The notes beneath the pieces were generated by a model, which was not told where the DNA came from, did not search any database, and was given only the letters and a program-made list of their open reading frames with translations. A program made the position numbers and the translations under genes. A stretch of DNA of 64,000 nt, from contig CAMMTJ010000002.1 of the NCBI GenBank assembly GCA_946499835.1, forward strand, positions 13,292-77,291, written 5' to 3'. Below, piece after piece: positions 37,533 to 48,194 of this stretch (position 1 is its first letter; each line of letters begins with the position of its first letter). The DNA comes from an uncultured Bacillota bacterium (GTDB lineage: Bacteria; Bacillota; Clostridia; Christensenellales; UBA1242).

Positions 37533-37588
37533 AAAATTGTTTAGTTTGACGTGCTTGATTTTCACTTTGAAAAAAAGGAGTGCTTGTT

Positions 37589-40500
37589 ATGGCAAAAGAT
37601 AAAGAAAAAGTAAAAGTTGCTGGCACAGGGAAAAAGTGGGCAGTGTGGAAAACGGTGCTCGTTGTTATCTCCTCTGTCATTTTTGTTGCTGGCGTAACTC
37701 TTCTTGGAATATACCTTGCAGGAGGACTTCGCAATCCTGTCACACCACCAGATGACATTGCTTTTGTTGTTGACGATGATTTATATAGCGCTGACAATGC
37801 TCAGTTTGAAGTGACTGAGGATTTTGAACTTGTCATAACTTCTTCCACAGAACAAGTCACTGAAAGACAAGTGCGTTTGTCATTCACTGGTTCGACAACC
37901 ACGAATCCATCCACAGGAACAATTTCTGATGGAGTGATCACTGTTCCTCAAATTGTCAATATTGGAGAGCCTTTCCAAGTTACTCTCAACATGACACGCT
38001 ATCAAGAACTTGGTGGACAAAACTGGATCGCAGGTGGAATTTCAACTCTTATTGCCACATCTATGTCAAATGATCAAGCAGACCCAACAAGCGTGAAAAT
38101 TGCAGTTGATGTCCCTGTTTATGATATTGAAATTGAACTTTATGACGAATACGGAAATCAAATTTCACAAGTGACAGAACTTGAAAGATTTTATCCTCGT
38201 GCAAAATTCTTGCCAGAAAAGAGTAGGTATCGTTACAGCGATGACGCAATCGTTGCAGAGGATGGTGTCACTGTCGAGAGAAGGACAAAAAATGTTTACT
38301 TTGAAGGACAGAGTTCTGACAATATTGTCTTTTTCTTCAATGATGGAGATCCTTACTTTGAAGCAGGTGAACTTTCAACTGAAAACAATTTCTCAATAGT
38401 TGGTTACACCTTTATCCATGCCGATGATCAAGCAAACACTTTAACAGAACTTGAAACTTTATATCAAGGGGAGCAACTTTACAACAATATCATCACTGCA
38501 CTCGGTGATGCAAATATCGGAAAGTCAAACACAGGCACTTTTGAAATTGTTCAAGCAAGCATAAAATCATTCACTGTTGGCAGATCATCAATTTCTGTTA
38601 CAGCAGGTATGACAAGCAGAATTGCAGTCGCATCTTCTCAAAATGCTGACGCATCACTTGGCGCATCCATCATCTCAACAGACGACGAAAGCCTTGAAGG
38701 CATGCTCAGAAATGTGGCAATCAGATTTACAAGAGTTGAAGGATCTGGAATTGTTGAAGCAAACGATGCTCTCAATGTTCGTGGCGGAGAAGAGGTTGTC
38801 ATTGATGGCAACACTTACATAAAAGTCAACGACGATGTGCTTGACTACAATTATTCATATCTTGATATTTCGCCAATGGTCGCTGGCACTTACAATATGG
38901 AAGTGGTTCTTCTTATGAGAGATGGATCTGACGGATATCGTCTCTTTGAAGTTGACGGAGAGGCTGTTATCAACTCAATCATACTTAATGTTAAACAAAA
39001 CACAGAAGCGCAACTGTCTTGGTCTAATGGTGGCACAGACATTACCATCCCACTCCAATATCAAAATGGAGTTGTTCAACCAGCACTCTATGACTTGTCA
39101 GGTTTTGGTATCGTGCCAGAAGGCAATGCATATCAAACAGTGGTATATTTTGCATCATTTGAAAACTCAGGCGGTATAAGTGCTGAGGATGTCTTGGTGT
39201 CATGGCAGAGTGGCAGAGAAGGAGATTATCTTGTTGGTGCAGATATCAGATGGTTGTATCCTTTCCAAGGATCAAGTTTCTCTGTTGATGGTGATGGCGA
39301 GTTTGAACTCTATTTCGCAACAGTCCGCACAATCAATGGACAAATTCAATATAACGAAGACGGCACTTATCAAACAGTGCAATTTGTGTCTGATCCAATC
39401 ACAGTCAGAGTGGAAAGATCTTTGCATGAGGACTCAGTCACAAATCTCACAACCACGCTCAATGGCAATGGTTTTGACCATGCTGGGGGAATTTATGTTC
39501 AAGAAGGCTCAACCGCTTCAATTGACTTGACTTTTGCAGTTGACGTAAACTCTTATGAAACATTTGCAGAAGTCTTCAATCAAAACATGCTTGAATTGAG
39601 AGTTTTCAGCGTGGGTGGACAAGATATTTCAACCAGCTTCACAATCAGCAAAGGGACTCTTACACCAGGTGAGGAGAAAGACGCCAATGGCACTCTTTCA
39701 TATAACCTTGCAATCAACCCATCACTTGGACTTGGAATAAACGAATTTTTGACAATCGGAACTGTTGAGTTGACTGACAGAGATAGTGGGCTTGTTTGGA
39801 GCATGCCAGTAGTTACTGCTGGCGAGGACGGCAGACAAATCACTCTTTACTCACCACAACCAGTTTCAATCACTCTTGAAAGCAATGACATTGAATTGAA
39901 TGAGCAAATCAGCGTTGTTCAAGCATTGACAAATGACGGTTTTACCACCACAATCACGCAGGGTGGAGAAAGCATTGCAAGCAGCATAGATGAATTGATT
40001 GGAAAATTGTCAGTTCAAGTGATCGACCAAATCGGGCAAACGTCAACTCTTGGAAGTTGGATTTGGGCAACAGATAATGAAAGTGCAGTGACAGTCAACG
40101 GACAATCTTTCTCTTTCAGAAGCACAAATGGACAGGAGCCTGTTTCTGCAAACATCTGGGTGACATATACAAATTATTCAAACATCACAAGCGAGGCAAG
40201 ACTTAATCTTTCAATCAGTTCAACTGGTGTTGCTGCAATTACTTATGACAACACACAAATACTTAAAGACGCGCAACCTCCTTTGGTTGACTGGACGGAC
40301 GGTCTTGGAGAAGTTTCACTTTCAAAATATGGTGCAAAAGGTAAAACTATCAGACTTGCAGATTTGGTGAAACTATATTTAGATGAAGACAAGGGTCAAG
40401 AATATACAACACCAAAATTCCGATTTAACGCAAACGAACTTTATCTTCTAGAGGATGATGTGGTTTCATTGTTTGGTGCGACAAAGGGAATAATCAGTTT

Positions 40501-43500
40501 AACATTGGAAGAAGGAGAAGTGACATCTGATGATGCAAATGAAATTTGTTCAGTGCTGACAAGTTCTTATGTGACAAGCCTTACATTCAAAAACAATTTT
40601 GGCACATCTCAAACATTGAGATTTGAAATTGTTGATGAGGGATTGACAGGTGCGGTTGACATTGACTTAAATTTGCAAATCTTGGCAAACAGCACGCTTC
40701 AAACAGCAGTCAATTCTGTTGAGGCATATGCTGCCACAAACATTGTTTTTAGAGATTTCTCAATAACAAACAACAATGATACATCTTCAACAACACTGAC
40801 TGACTATTTGAAAGAATTGTATAAAGATAGATATATGTATATCGTTCAAGACAATTCTGGAACTGGAAACATTTACACGATTTCAAAAGATTCTGCTGGA
40901 GCAGTTGGGTCGGTAAATGATGACGGCACAATCACATTCTATGATTTCTGGGATGAAGAAACAAGAGAGTTTGCACTCAGGCTTTATCTTGACGGCATAA
41001 ATGTGACAAACACATTTGCACCAGTTGCAACGATCAACTTCACAATTTCAAGAAACGTGAGGGTGACATATACTGGAACTGCTTACCAGATTTTGGGCGA
41101 CAACAACGCTATTGGGAACTATATCAAAGTAGAAAGAGAAGTATATAGCGAGACACCACTTCTAGATGCAAGTTACGCCTTTGCAAGTGGCGCTCCACTT
41201 GAAATAACAGATGGTACAATTTCTCAATCACAAACATATTTCTTTGATTACAATGAGATCACAAAGACTTGCTCTTTGACTGTAAGTGTTGGTGGAAGTG
41301 TTATTGCAACATTTGACAATTTTGCCTATACTCTTGGCGAGGGGACTTATGGAAGTATTGCAAAGGAGTTTACAGGCACAATAGAGGTAGAAAAATACCA
41401 AGCAGGGACAATTCAAACTGTGGCAAATGAAGAGGGAGAAGAGGTGCAATATCTCTATCTTACAACAGGAAACTGGTCATTTGGTTCAGATGTTAATGGA
41501 ATTGGTGATATATTCCCTGGTTATAATGTTCTATTAAGAGCACGTTTTAAAATTGAAGACGTCCCAGATGGGGTCAATTCAGCATATTTATCAGTCAACA
41601 CAAACTACACAATGACTGAAAATTGGCAGGCAAACTTCCCAAACAGAACTTCAGTTATGACAGGGCTTGACAATCCAAATGTATATATTCAGTTTGAGGT
41701 TGTTTCAAGCAACAACCTCGTTGTTGCAAGAATAGTTATGCCTCTCATTGTTTCAAACTATGGAAAAGTCTTCGGCGTTTTTGATAATTATCTTTCAAAT
41801 GATGACTCTCTTACAGATCATACAAAAGATCACAAAGATATGTCACTTGCAAACATTTTGAGCGATGCAAACACCTTGATTGAAAATAAAATTTACACTG
41901 AGGTTTATGCAGGACAAAGAGTGGTTGTTGCAAGACGTATGGGGCTTAATGAGATGTTTGACGAAAACAAAGCCACAGGATTATATTATCTTCCAGATGA
42001 CGCACAGGTGAGCGCAAGGGTAACTCTTATCACCGACAATGAAGGCTATCGTGAAGGGCTTTTGAGACGAGTATCTTCTGGCTCTGGACTTGTTGATTTC
42101 GAATACAATTCAGCAAGCGGTGAGTATAGTGTTTCACTCAATCACTTGGAGTCATCAGAAAGTGAAGTTTATGTTGCAGTGCAATTTGCTTTACGCTATG
42201 CAGATGACGAACAATATTTCACTTATGTTTTGAAAGTTTTGCCAACGGTTGATGTAAAAGAGGGCGTTTATGCTTACAACACACCAACAGAATATTTGAC
42301 ACCAGACGATAACAACCAAATTGAAGTTGATTTGGCACAAGAGTTTGGCAACACCACTTTGCATAATGGTGAGACCAGATTTGATTATGATTTTGAAGAT
42401 GGTGCTCAAAAAGAAGAGGGTGTTCAAAAGGTTGACCTTAAATATAGTTACAGCGTTGAAAGTTTGACACTTGACAACGATCAAGTTTTGACAGAAGAGA
42501 GCGATTGGAGCAGATATATCTCATTTGCAGTTGATGAAAATGAGATCATGCGAATCGTGGTTCAAGATCTTGGAAGTGGACAACCACTTAGACTTCAAAT
42601 TGCAAGAGTATATGATGGTGGCAGTGACGGACTTGCTGTCATTGGTGACAACGGGGCATTTAGACAAACTTACAACTTCACAATCAATGGCTCAGTATCA
42701 TATAGATTGAATTACGGAACGCCAAATTCTGGAAATTTGTCTTCAAGTGGCAATGACGCAACTTGGGACATCAACTCAATCACAAACGGTTGGGAAGAAG
42801 GATCTTACACAACAGTTGCAGGCACTCTTGTTGGCGGAGACAATCCAACATATTATCTTTCAAATACCGGAGTAGATTATTATTACTTTGCATCAACGGA
42901 TGTGACTTATGACAGTTCTGGCGCTGAGCGTGGTCAACTTGGCAAGGAATTAAAAATTCTTGCAACAGCAAAAAAGATTCAAATAACAATAAATGGTGAG
43001 CAAGTGGAGTGTTTCCAAGTCCCAGAAACAGGAACTTATGTAAAAGTCTCAGATGGTGAGAAAAGAAATTCAATCACAAACGTTCAACTGCTTTACTTCA
43101 CAAAAGATGCGACAATTTATAGTAACACAAATCAAGACTCAACAATAGGAACAATTCCTGCTGGTGAACATAAAGCATATGTGGAAGATACTGATAACGA
43201 TACGGATGACAATACCGTTGCTGGCTATTATAAACTTGCCGAAGGACAATATGTTGAAAAGACAACAGCCGTTGTGGTGGCAGGCAAAGAGTTTGACAAA
43301 GATGTGACAACTGTTTATCAAGATGCACAAGGTGCACAACCAACAGACCCAGTCCTGAAACTTTCAGAAAACTATATTGTTCTTTGCCAATACAGATTGC
43401 CTATCACACTATTCAGTGCCAGTGGCTCGACCAGCACTCCAATCACTGGCGTGCTTCAAGCAAACGCATGGGCAAGCAGTGGAGAACTCACAGATATTGT

Positions 43501-46500
43501 CGCTGATGTGATTTATGACGGCTCAAATTCAATTTTGACAATAACACCACTTCAATATCTTGGCTCAGATCAAACTTTCTATATCTCTTTCTATACAGGT
43601 TATGGATATATCGGTGGCTTGACTGTCAATGTTGCCGGAAGTGCAAGCGTAACTATGAAAGAAGATCCTGATTTGATTGCCGGCACAACACCATCTATCA
43701 AAAATTTGATTGCAAAAGTTGTATTTAGCGGTGTGGATGTAACAAAGAAAAATTACACTGTTTCTGAGGTAACAATAAATTCTGTGACCACCACAAATAA
43801 AGATGGTGAAGTGACATACGATAAGGATGAGCAGGATTACATAACTTGGGATCCTGCCAACACTGAAACGAGCACTGCTGACACTTTGACACTGCGAACA
43901 TCAGTCAGAGACTATACTGCTGACTTGACAATTACTTTGAATTATGAAGGTCAAACATACACATTCAATCACACAATTGAAGTGAAATCAAACATTTCAC
44001 AAGTAAAAAATGACAATGTTGTTGGTTTGACAAAGGCAACAGCCCAGACAATCTCAGTTGGAGATGTTGTTGCAGGCACACCGAAAGAAATTGACCAGCC
44101 AGAGTTGTTTACACTTAAAAATAAAAACAATGCTACCTTTACATACTCATGGGAATCAAACAACACAGGCGTGATTGAAGATGGTGACAATAAAACAAAT
44201 GATGGCGCAGTTACCTTCACACCGAAAAATGTTGCAAATGCTGGACAAGATGTCACATTGATGGTGGAAGTGACCATGACTGACGGTGAACTCGAAAACA
44301 TATTCTATGTCAGATTGCAAATCCATGTCGTTTGTGCAGGAAAGGTGACTGTGACTTATCCTGTGATTGGAGAAACCAAACTTCAAGCAGAATATCTTGA
44401 AAGCACCAAAGACTCTCCCGCAGAATTTGCCAGTGCACAATCATTCTTCTTTGGAAGCAAAGCCGTGTTTGCAGGGAACATCCGTGTTCAACTTGCAGAT
44501 GTTTCATTGGACGAAAGCGGAGAGCAAACATCAACGCCAGTGACTCAACCTATTGCTGGTGAAGATCCTAAGCCATCAATCACAATCATAGGTGCACAAA
44601 ACATCGATGTTATGCAAGGTGGGACACATAAAAATGCTTCAACGGGCAACAACGAAATCGCTTTGAGTAGCGATCTCAAATTTGTGCTTGGCAACTGGAA
44701 TGATGAAACAAGAAAAAACACCGATACTGGTGAAGAGTCATATGTGATATTTAGAATCGAATATAGAGGCTACACAGCAGAATATACCGTCTATGTTCAA
44801 GAAACTGTTTACGGACTCAGTTTCAATGGTGCAACAAACAATATGACAGCAGGTGGAGATGGCACAGAGGTTGAAAACTTCTATGTTGAAAATCTGCTTT
44901 CAGATACAAAAATTTTCGCAAACAATCGTATGCTGAAATATACTGTCCGAGAAGGTGCACCAACAGGAACATATTATTTAGGCTTTACCACTGCTGAGAA
45001 TCAAGAGACACCTGAGAAATATCTTTCATTCGTTATCACAGAGAGTGACCGCGGACAGACAAAGTATATCGAACTTGGCAAACCATATAAGTCATTTACA
45101 GGAATTTACAGCAGGACAGGAGAAACAGGGCCTTACACTCCGTTGCCAAACGACTCTTACTTTGATGGCACTCCAACTTTGACCGCTCGTGTCACATTCA
45201 CATACACTGCAGGTGAAAACAGATATGAAGTGCCTTATGCCACATTCTCAGAGCAGATCAAATTTACTGCTGGCAATCAATCAGAACAAACACTCGCAGA
45301 TTATAGAATTTCACAAAAAACAAACAATCTTGGCAACACACAAACTTTGAAAGATTTCATATTTGTTTTGGGAAATGGACAAATTGCAACTGACGGAGCA
45401 AACAAAGAGTTTGCAAACACCTATTCTTATACACTTGCACTCGATGTTGGGGCAACAACTTATGCACATGACGGAAATTTCCCAATCGAAGAAATTGATG
45501 CAAGGGATGAAATCAACCTTGTTGAAACGGTTGGGCTGATCAGACAAAGCACTGGGGAAGCCTATTCAAGAGAAATGTTCAATGAGAATAGGACTGAAAC
45601 GAGTGGCAATTACCTCTCATTCTCAATGGTGGATCCAACCAATCCAACTGGGAATGATACAAGCATCTTGCTTGGACTTTACAACTATATGAACAACGCA
45701 AGCAAAACAACAGTTGACGAAGATGTTCAAAACGCGTTTGCAATTGCAGCAACAGGCAACTACAACTACATGGCTTACTCACCAGTAAATGAAGAAAATG
45801 GCAAAGATGAGACTGCATATGACATTCGTGCATGGGGACAAGGTGCGCCTATCGGTGGCACAATAGTTGTTGGAAAATTGACTTACAATGTTAAGACAAG
45901 TGAAACTGAACCGTTCACACAAGACTTCTATGTTGTTTTCAGAATCTTGCCAGCATACACAATCTCAGTCAATGGCTCAGCAATGACAGTAGAAGATACA
46001 ACTTATCTTTCAAACATCACCAATCCATACGAGGCGACAATCACGGAATCAAGTGATGAATATAGCATTGACTTGACAGCAACAAGTTCACCTCTTGTGG
46101 TTGGTTATGAACATGAGACCACAGCATCAAATCTTCTTAATCAATTTGATAAAGAAGTCACAACAGGAGAACGCGTCAATGGCGTGGAATACAACAATAA
46201 GTTGAATGCAAAGAATAAGAATGTGTTCCCATCTGGGACTGATAATGATAATGAACATTTCTGGAGTAATAGTTCTGACACAACTTACAAATGTTCTCGA
46301 GGTGCTGGCACAACTCTTGCTCCAGCACAAGTTCATTTTGCTGATCAGAAATATAGGATCAAGATGACTGATGTCTATGGATATTATTTCTATTTCTATT
46401 TCACTTTGAAGGCAACAGGCTCAGCACCAACACTTCAGACGACAAACATCACTTTGACTGAGGGAGACACATTTGACTTCACAACATCAAGCACGGTGAT

Positions 46501-48181
46501 TTCAATCACAGGGGCAACTGGTGAAGAAGCAGATCAAACACTTACTATGCGCTCTGCATCACATAGCGCACCAACAACACAAATTAACAATGCAGTGACA
46601 ATCGAACTGAGTGGATTCTCATTCTGGTTCTTTGATGATTATTATACAAAACCAGAAAGCAATGGTCGTCCTGCTTATCTGCAAGAATCTGATAGCGCTT
46701 ATATCGGAGCAGAAATAGATGGTCAATCTGGTAGCCACTATGAAATTCCTACAGAATATAAAACTTACCTTGAACCAAGCACCTATAACAATATAGCAGT
46801 GAGCGAGATTACTTTGCTTGGTCCAAACGGTGAGGAGTTGGGATGTGAAGTAGATTTGGCTGAATCTGCCGGAGGAAATCGTCTTAAAGTGGGCGTTGGC
46901 GAAATACTTGAACACGCAACAGGATCTGCTGCCCAACTTGACACAAGTGGTGGATTGACTTATACCGTTCCAACCATAGCCGGATCAGCACCTTGGGAAG
47001 GAAGTGGAAGTATGAGTGCCACTATGGCTGTAACATTCATGTATGATCCAGATGGTACAAGCGGGACAACAGATGATAATGAAGAATATTGTGTTGTTGA
47101 CATTCCAATCACTCTCAAACGCAAGACACAAATCACATCACCAAACTCATATGTTCGTGATGGTGAGGCGTTTACTCTTACAGAGTATATCGGCTTGCAA
47201 AAAGGCACATCAAATATTACACCTACCTTCATTGATGACACGCTGGAAGTTTACGTTCCTGCAAACTCAGGAGTGACACTGGAAATCTATATTACAGATT
47301 CAGAGGGTAATAATCGTGCACCTGAAGAAGGATATGCATCAATAACAACCAAAACATACCATACAAGACAACAAACATATTATTATTCAATTTCTCAAAC
47401 GGTCGGAAGAAATCTTCAAGCGGGCGATTTGATCTATGTCAGAGCAACCAGTGCATCAAGTGCTACTGTTAATGCAGGGAATGCAAATAGTCCATTTGAG
47501 GGCTATGCGATTGGATATTCTGCTGGTGTCAATGAAGGGAATAATAATAAAACAATTTTAGGTGGAGGCTTAAATGTATGGCTTGACAGCAATCCTACTG
47601 AAGATCCACAAGGACCAACCTTCACGGCAGTCACAATTAAACAAGACAAAATCGGCATACCAGATACCGTTCACTTCACAAATGGAAATTACGCAGAAGT
47701 TCAACAATATTATGTTATCAATGCAGAAATTGGTGGAACTCAGGTTAGTTATCAATACACAAAAACTTACCGCGTGACTTGGGCATATAGCAATGTAACA
47801 GTCAATGACATCGGCAGAGTGGGTGCTACCAAACAGGATGACGATAGCTATATAATTTCTTGGAAGAATATATTAAATAAACTTGGCTTCTCATATCTTG
47901 GTGAAGGAAATGTTACGAAACCTATTAGTGATAATAAAACTGTATCTGCAAAGCAATTCAGGCTCGAAGTGACTGAGGCTGGATCTGGTAGTGCAAGTGT
48001 TGATGAAGATGGTAATATCACAACTTCTACTAATTTCAATCAACAAAACGAATATATCACTTTGGTGTTCTATCGAAAAGCGTCAGGTGCAGATGGATTG
48101 TTTGGAACAGCGGACGATGTGGCAGCAACGCAACCATTCTTGACATTTAGATTCCAAATATACCAAGAATCAACAATTTAG
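37589..48181 (+). CDS. Giant (3530 aa) N-terminally anchored surface protein, no recognisable family
   Basis: Uninterrupted 10.6-kb ORF. The ATG at 37589 lies 8 nt after AAGGAG. N-terminus: 'MAKDKEKVKVAGTGKK' then a TM span 'WAVWKTVLVVISSVIFVAGVTLLGIYLAGGL'. The rest is T/S/N/G/V/Y/D/E-rich and Cys-poor, with no obvious tandem repeats, no LPXTG and no C-terminal TM. Confidence 0.85.
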   Translation: MAKDKEKVKVAGTGKKWAVWKTVLVVISSVIFVAGVTLLGIYLAGGLRNPVTPPDDIAFVVDDDLYSADNAQFEVTEDFELVITSSTEQVTERQVRLSFTGSTTTNPSTGTISDGVITVPQIVNIGEPFQVTLNMTRYQELGGQNWIAGGISTLIATSMSNDQADPTSVKIAVDVPVYDIEIELYDEYGNQISQVTELERFYPRAKFLPEKSRYRYSDDAIVAEDGVTVERRTKNVYFEGQSSDNIVFFFNDGDPYFEAGELSTENNFSIVGYTFIHADDQANTLTELETLYQGEQLYNNIITALGDANIGKSNTGTFEIVQASIKSFTVGRSSISVTAGMTSRIAVASSQNADASLGASIISTDDESLEGMLRNVAIRFTRVEGSGIVEANDALNVRGGEEVVIDGNTYIKVNDDVLDYNYSYLDISPMVAGTYNMEVVLLMRDGSDGYRLFEVDGEAVINSIILNVKQNTEAQLSWSNGGTDITIPLQYQNGVVQPALYDLSGFGIVPEGNAYQTVVYFASFENSGGISAEDVLVSWQSGREGDYLVGADIRWLYPFQGSSFSVDGDGEFELYFATVRTINGQIQYNEDGTYQTVQFVSDPITVRVERSLHEDSVTNLTTTLNGNGFDHAGGIYVQEGSTASIDLTFAVDVNSYETFAEVFNQNMLELRVFSVGGQDISTSFTISKGTLTPGEEKDANGTLSYNLAINPSLGLGINEFLTIGTVELTDRDSGLVWSMPVVTAGEDGRQITLYSPQPVSITLESNDIELNEQISVVQALTNDGFTTTITQGGESIASSIDELIGKLSVQVIDQIGQTSTLGSWIWATDNESAVTVNGQSFSFRSTNGQEPVSANIWVTYTNYSNITSEARLNLSISSTGVAAITYDNTQILKDAQPPLVDWTDGLGEVSLSKYGAKGKTIRLADLVKLYLDEDKGQEYTTPKFRFNANELYLLEDDVVSLFGATKGIISLTLEEGEVTSDDANEICSVLTSSYVTSLTFKNNFGTSQTLRFEIVDEGLTGAVDIDLNLQILANSTLQTAVNSVEAYAATNIVFRDFSITNNNDTSSTTLTDYLKELYKDRYMYIVQDNSGTGNIYTISKDSAGAVGSVNDDGTITFYDFWDEETREFALRLYLDGINVTNTFAPVATINFTISRNVRVTYTGTAYQILGDNNAIGNYIKVEREVYSETPLLDASYAFASGAPLEITDGTISQSQTYFFDYNEITKTCSLTVSVGGSVIATFDNFAYTLGEGTYGSIAKEFTGTIEVEKYQAGTIQTVANEEGEEVQYLYLTTGNWSFGSDVNGIGDIFPGYNVLLRARFKIEDVPDGVNSAYLSVNTNYTMTENWQANFPNRTSVMTGLDNPNVYIQFEVVSSNNLVVARIVMPLIVSNYGKVFGVFDNYLSNDDSLTDHTKDHKDMSLANILSDANTLIENKIYTEVYAGQRVVVARRMGLNEMFDENKATGLYYLPDDAQVSARVTLITDNEGYREGLLRRVSSGSGLVDFEYNSASGEYSVSLNHLESSESEVYVAVQFALRYADDEQYFTYVLKVLPTVDVKEGVYAYNTPTEYLTPDDNNQIEVDLAQEFGNTTLHNGETRFDYDFEDGAQKEEGVQKVDLKYSYSVESLTLDNDQVLTEESDWSRYISFAVDENEIMRIVVQDLGSGQPLRLQIARVYDGGSDGLAVIGDNGAFRQTYNFTINGSVSYRLNYGTPNSGNLSSSGNDATWDINSITNGWEEGSYTTVAGTLVGGDNPTYYLSNTGVDYYYFASTDVTYDSSGAERGQLGKELKILATAKKIQITINGEQVECFQVPETGTYVKVSDGEKRNSITNVQLLYFTKDATIYSNTNQDSTIGTIPAGEHKAYVEDTDNDTDDNTVAGYYKLAEGQYVEKTTAVVVAGKEFDKDVTTVYQDAQGAQPTDPVLKLSENYIVLCQYRLPITLFSASGSTSTPITGVLQANAWASSGELTDIVADVIYDGSNSILTITPLQYLGSDQTFYISFYTGYGYIGGLTVNVAGSASVTMKEDPDLIAGTTPSIKNLIAKVVFSGVDVTKKNYTVSEVTINSVTTTNKDGEVTYDKDEQDYITWDPANTETSTADTLTLRTSVRDYTADLTITLNYEGQTYTFNHTIEVKSNISQVKNDNVVGLTKATAQTISVGDVVAGTPKEIDQPELFTLKNKNNATFTYSWESNNTGVIEDGDNKTNDGAVTFTPKNVANAGQDVTLMVEVTMTDGELENIFYVRLQIHVVCAGKVTVTYPVIGETKLQAEYLESTKDSPAEFASAQSFFFGSKAVFAGNIRVQLADVSLDESGEQTSTPVTQPIAGEDPKPSITIIGAQNIDVMQGGTHKNASTGNNEIALSSDLKFVLGNWNDETRKNTDTGEESYVIFRIEYRGYTAEYTVYVQETVYGLSFNGATNNMTAGGDGTEVENFYVENLLSDTKIFANNRMLKYTVREGAPTGTYYLGFTTAENQETPEKYLSFVITESDRGQTKYIELGKPYKSFTGIYSRTGETGPYTPLPNDSYFDGTPTLTARVTFTYTAGENRYEVPYATFSEQIKFTAGNQSEQTLADYRISQKTNNLGNTQTLKDFIFVLGNGQIATDGANKEFANTYSYTLALDVGATTYAHDGNFPIEEIDARDEINLVETVGLIRQSTGEAYSREMFNENRTETSGNYLSFSMVDPTNPTGNDTSILLGLYNYMNNASKTTVDEDVQNAFAIAATGNYNYMAYSPVNEENGKDETAYDIRAWGQGAPIGGTIVVGKLTYNVKTSETEPFTQDFYVVFRILPAYTISVNGSAMTVEDTTYLSNITNPYEATITESSDEYSIDLTATSSPLVVGYEHETTASNLLNQFDKEVTTGERVNGVEYNNKLNAKNKNVFPSGTDNDNEHFWSNSSDTTYKCSRGAGTTLAPAQVHFADQKYRIKMTDVYGYYFYFYFTLKATGSAPTLQTTNITLTEGDTFDFTTSSTVISITGATGEEADQTLTMRSASHSAPTTQINNAVTIELSGFSFWFFDDYYTKPESNGRPAYLQESDSAYIGAEIDGQSGSHYEIPTEYKTYLEPSTYNNIAVSEITLLGPNGEELGCEVDLAESAGGNRLKVGVGEILEHATGSAAQLDTSGGLTYTVPTIAGSAPWEGSGSMSATMAVTFMYDPDGTSGTTDDNEEYCVVDIPITLKRKTQITSPNSYVRDGEAFTLTEYIGLQKGTSNITPTFIDDTLEVYVPANSGVTLEIYITDSEGNNRAPEEGYASITTKTYHTRQQTYYYSISQTVGRNLQAGDLIYVRATSASSATVNAGNANSPFEGYAIGYSAGVNEGNNNKTILGGGLNVWLDSNPTEDPQGPTFTAVTIKQDKIGIPDTVHFTNGNYAEVQQYYVINAEIGGTQVSYQYTKTYRVTWAYSNVTVNDIGRVGATKQDDDSYIISWKNILNKLGFSYLGEGNVTKPISDNKTVSAKQFRLEVTEAGSGSASVDEDGNITTSTNFNQQNEYITLVFYRKASGADGLFGTADDVAATQPFLTFRFQIYQESTI

Positions 48182-48194
48182 GTGAGGTGAGCGC

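Noticed and set aside
37360-37797. Minus-strand 145-aa ORF covering the AT-rich intergenic region and the start of the giant gene.
   Set aside because: Most of it reads through poly-A/T intergenic DNA, giving K/I/F/N/Y-rich nonsense, and it overlaps the giant gene's SD and N-terminus. There is no SD.
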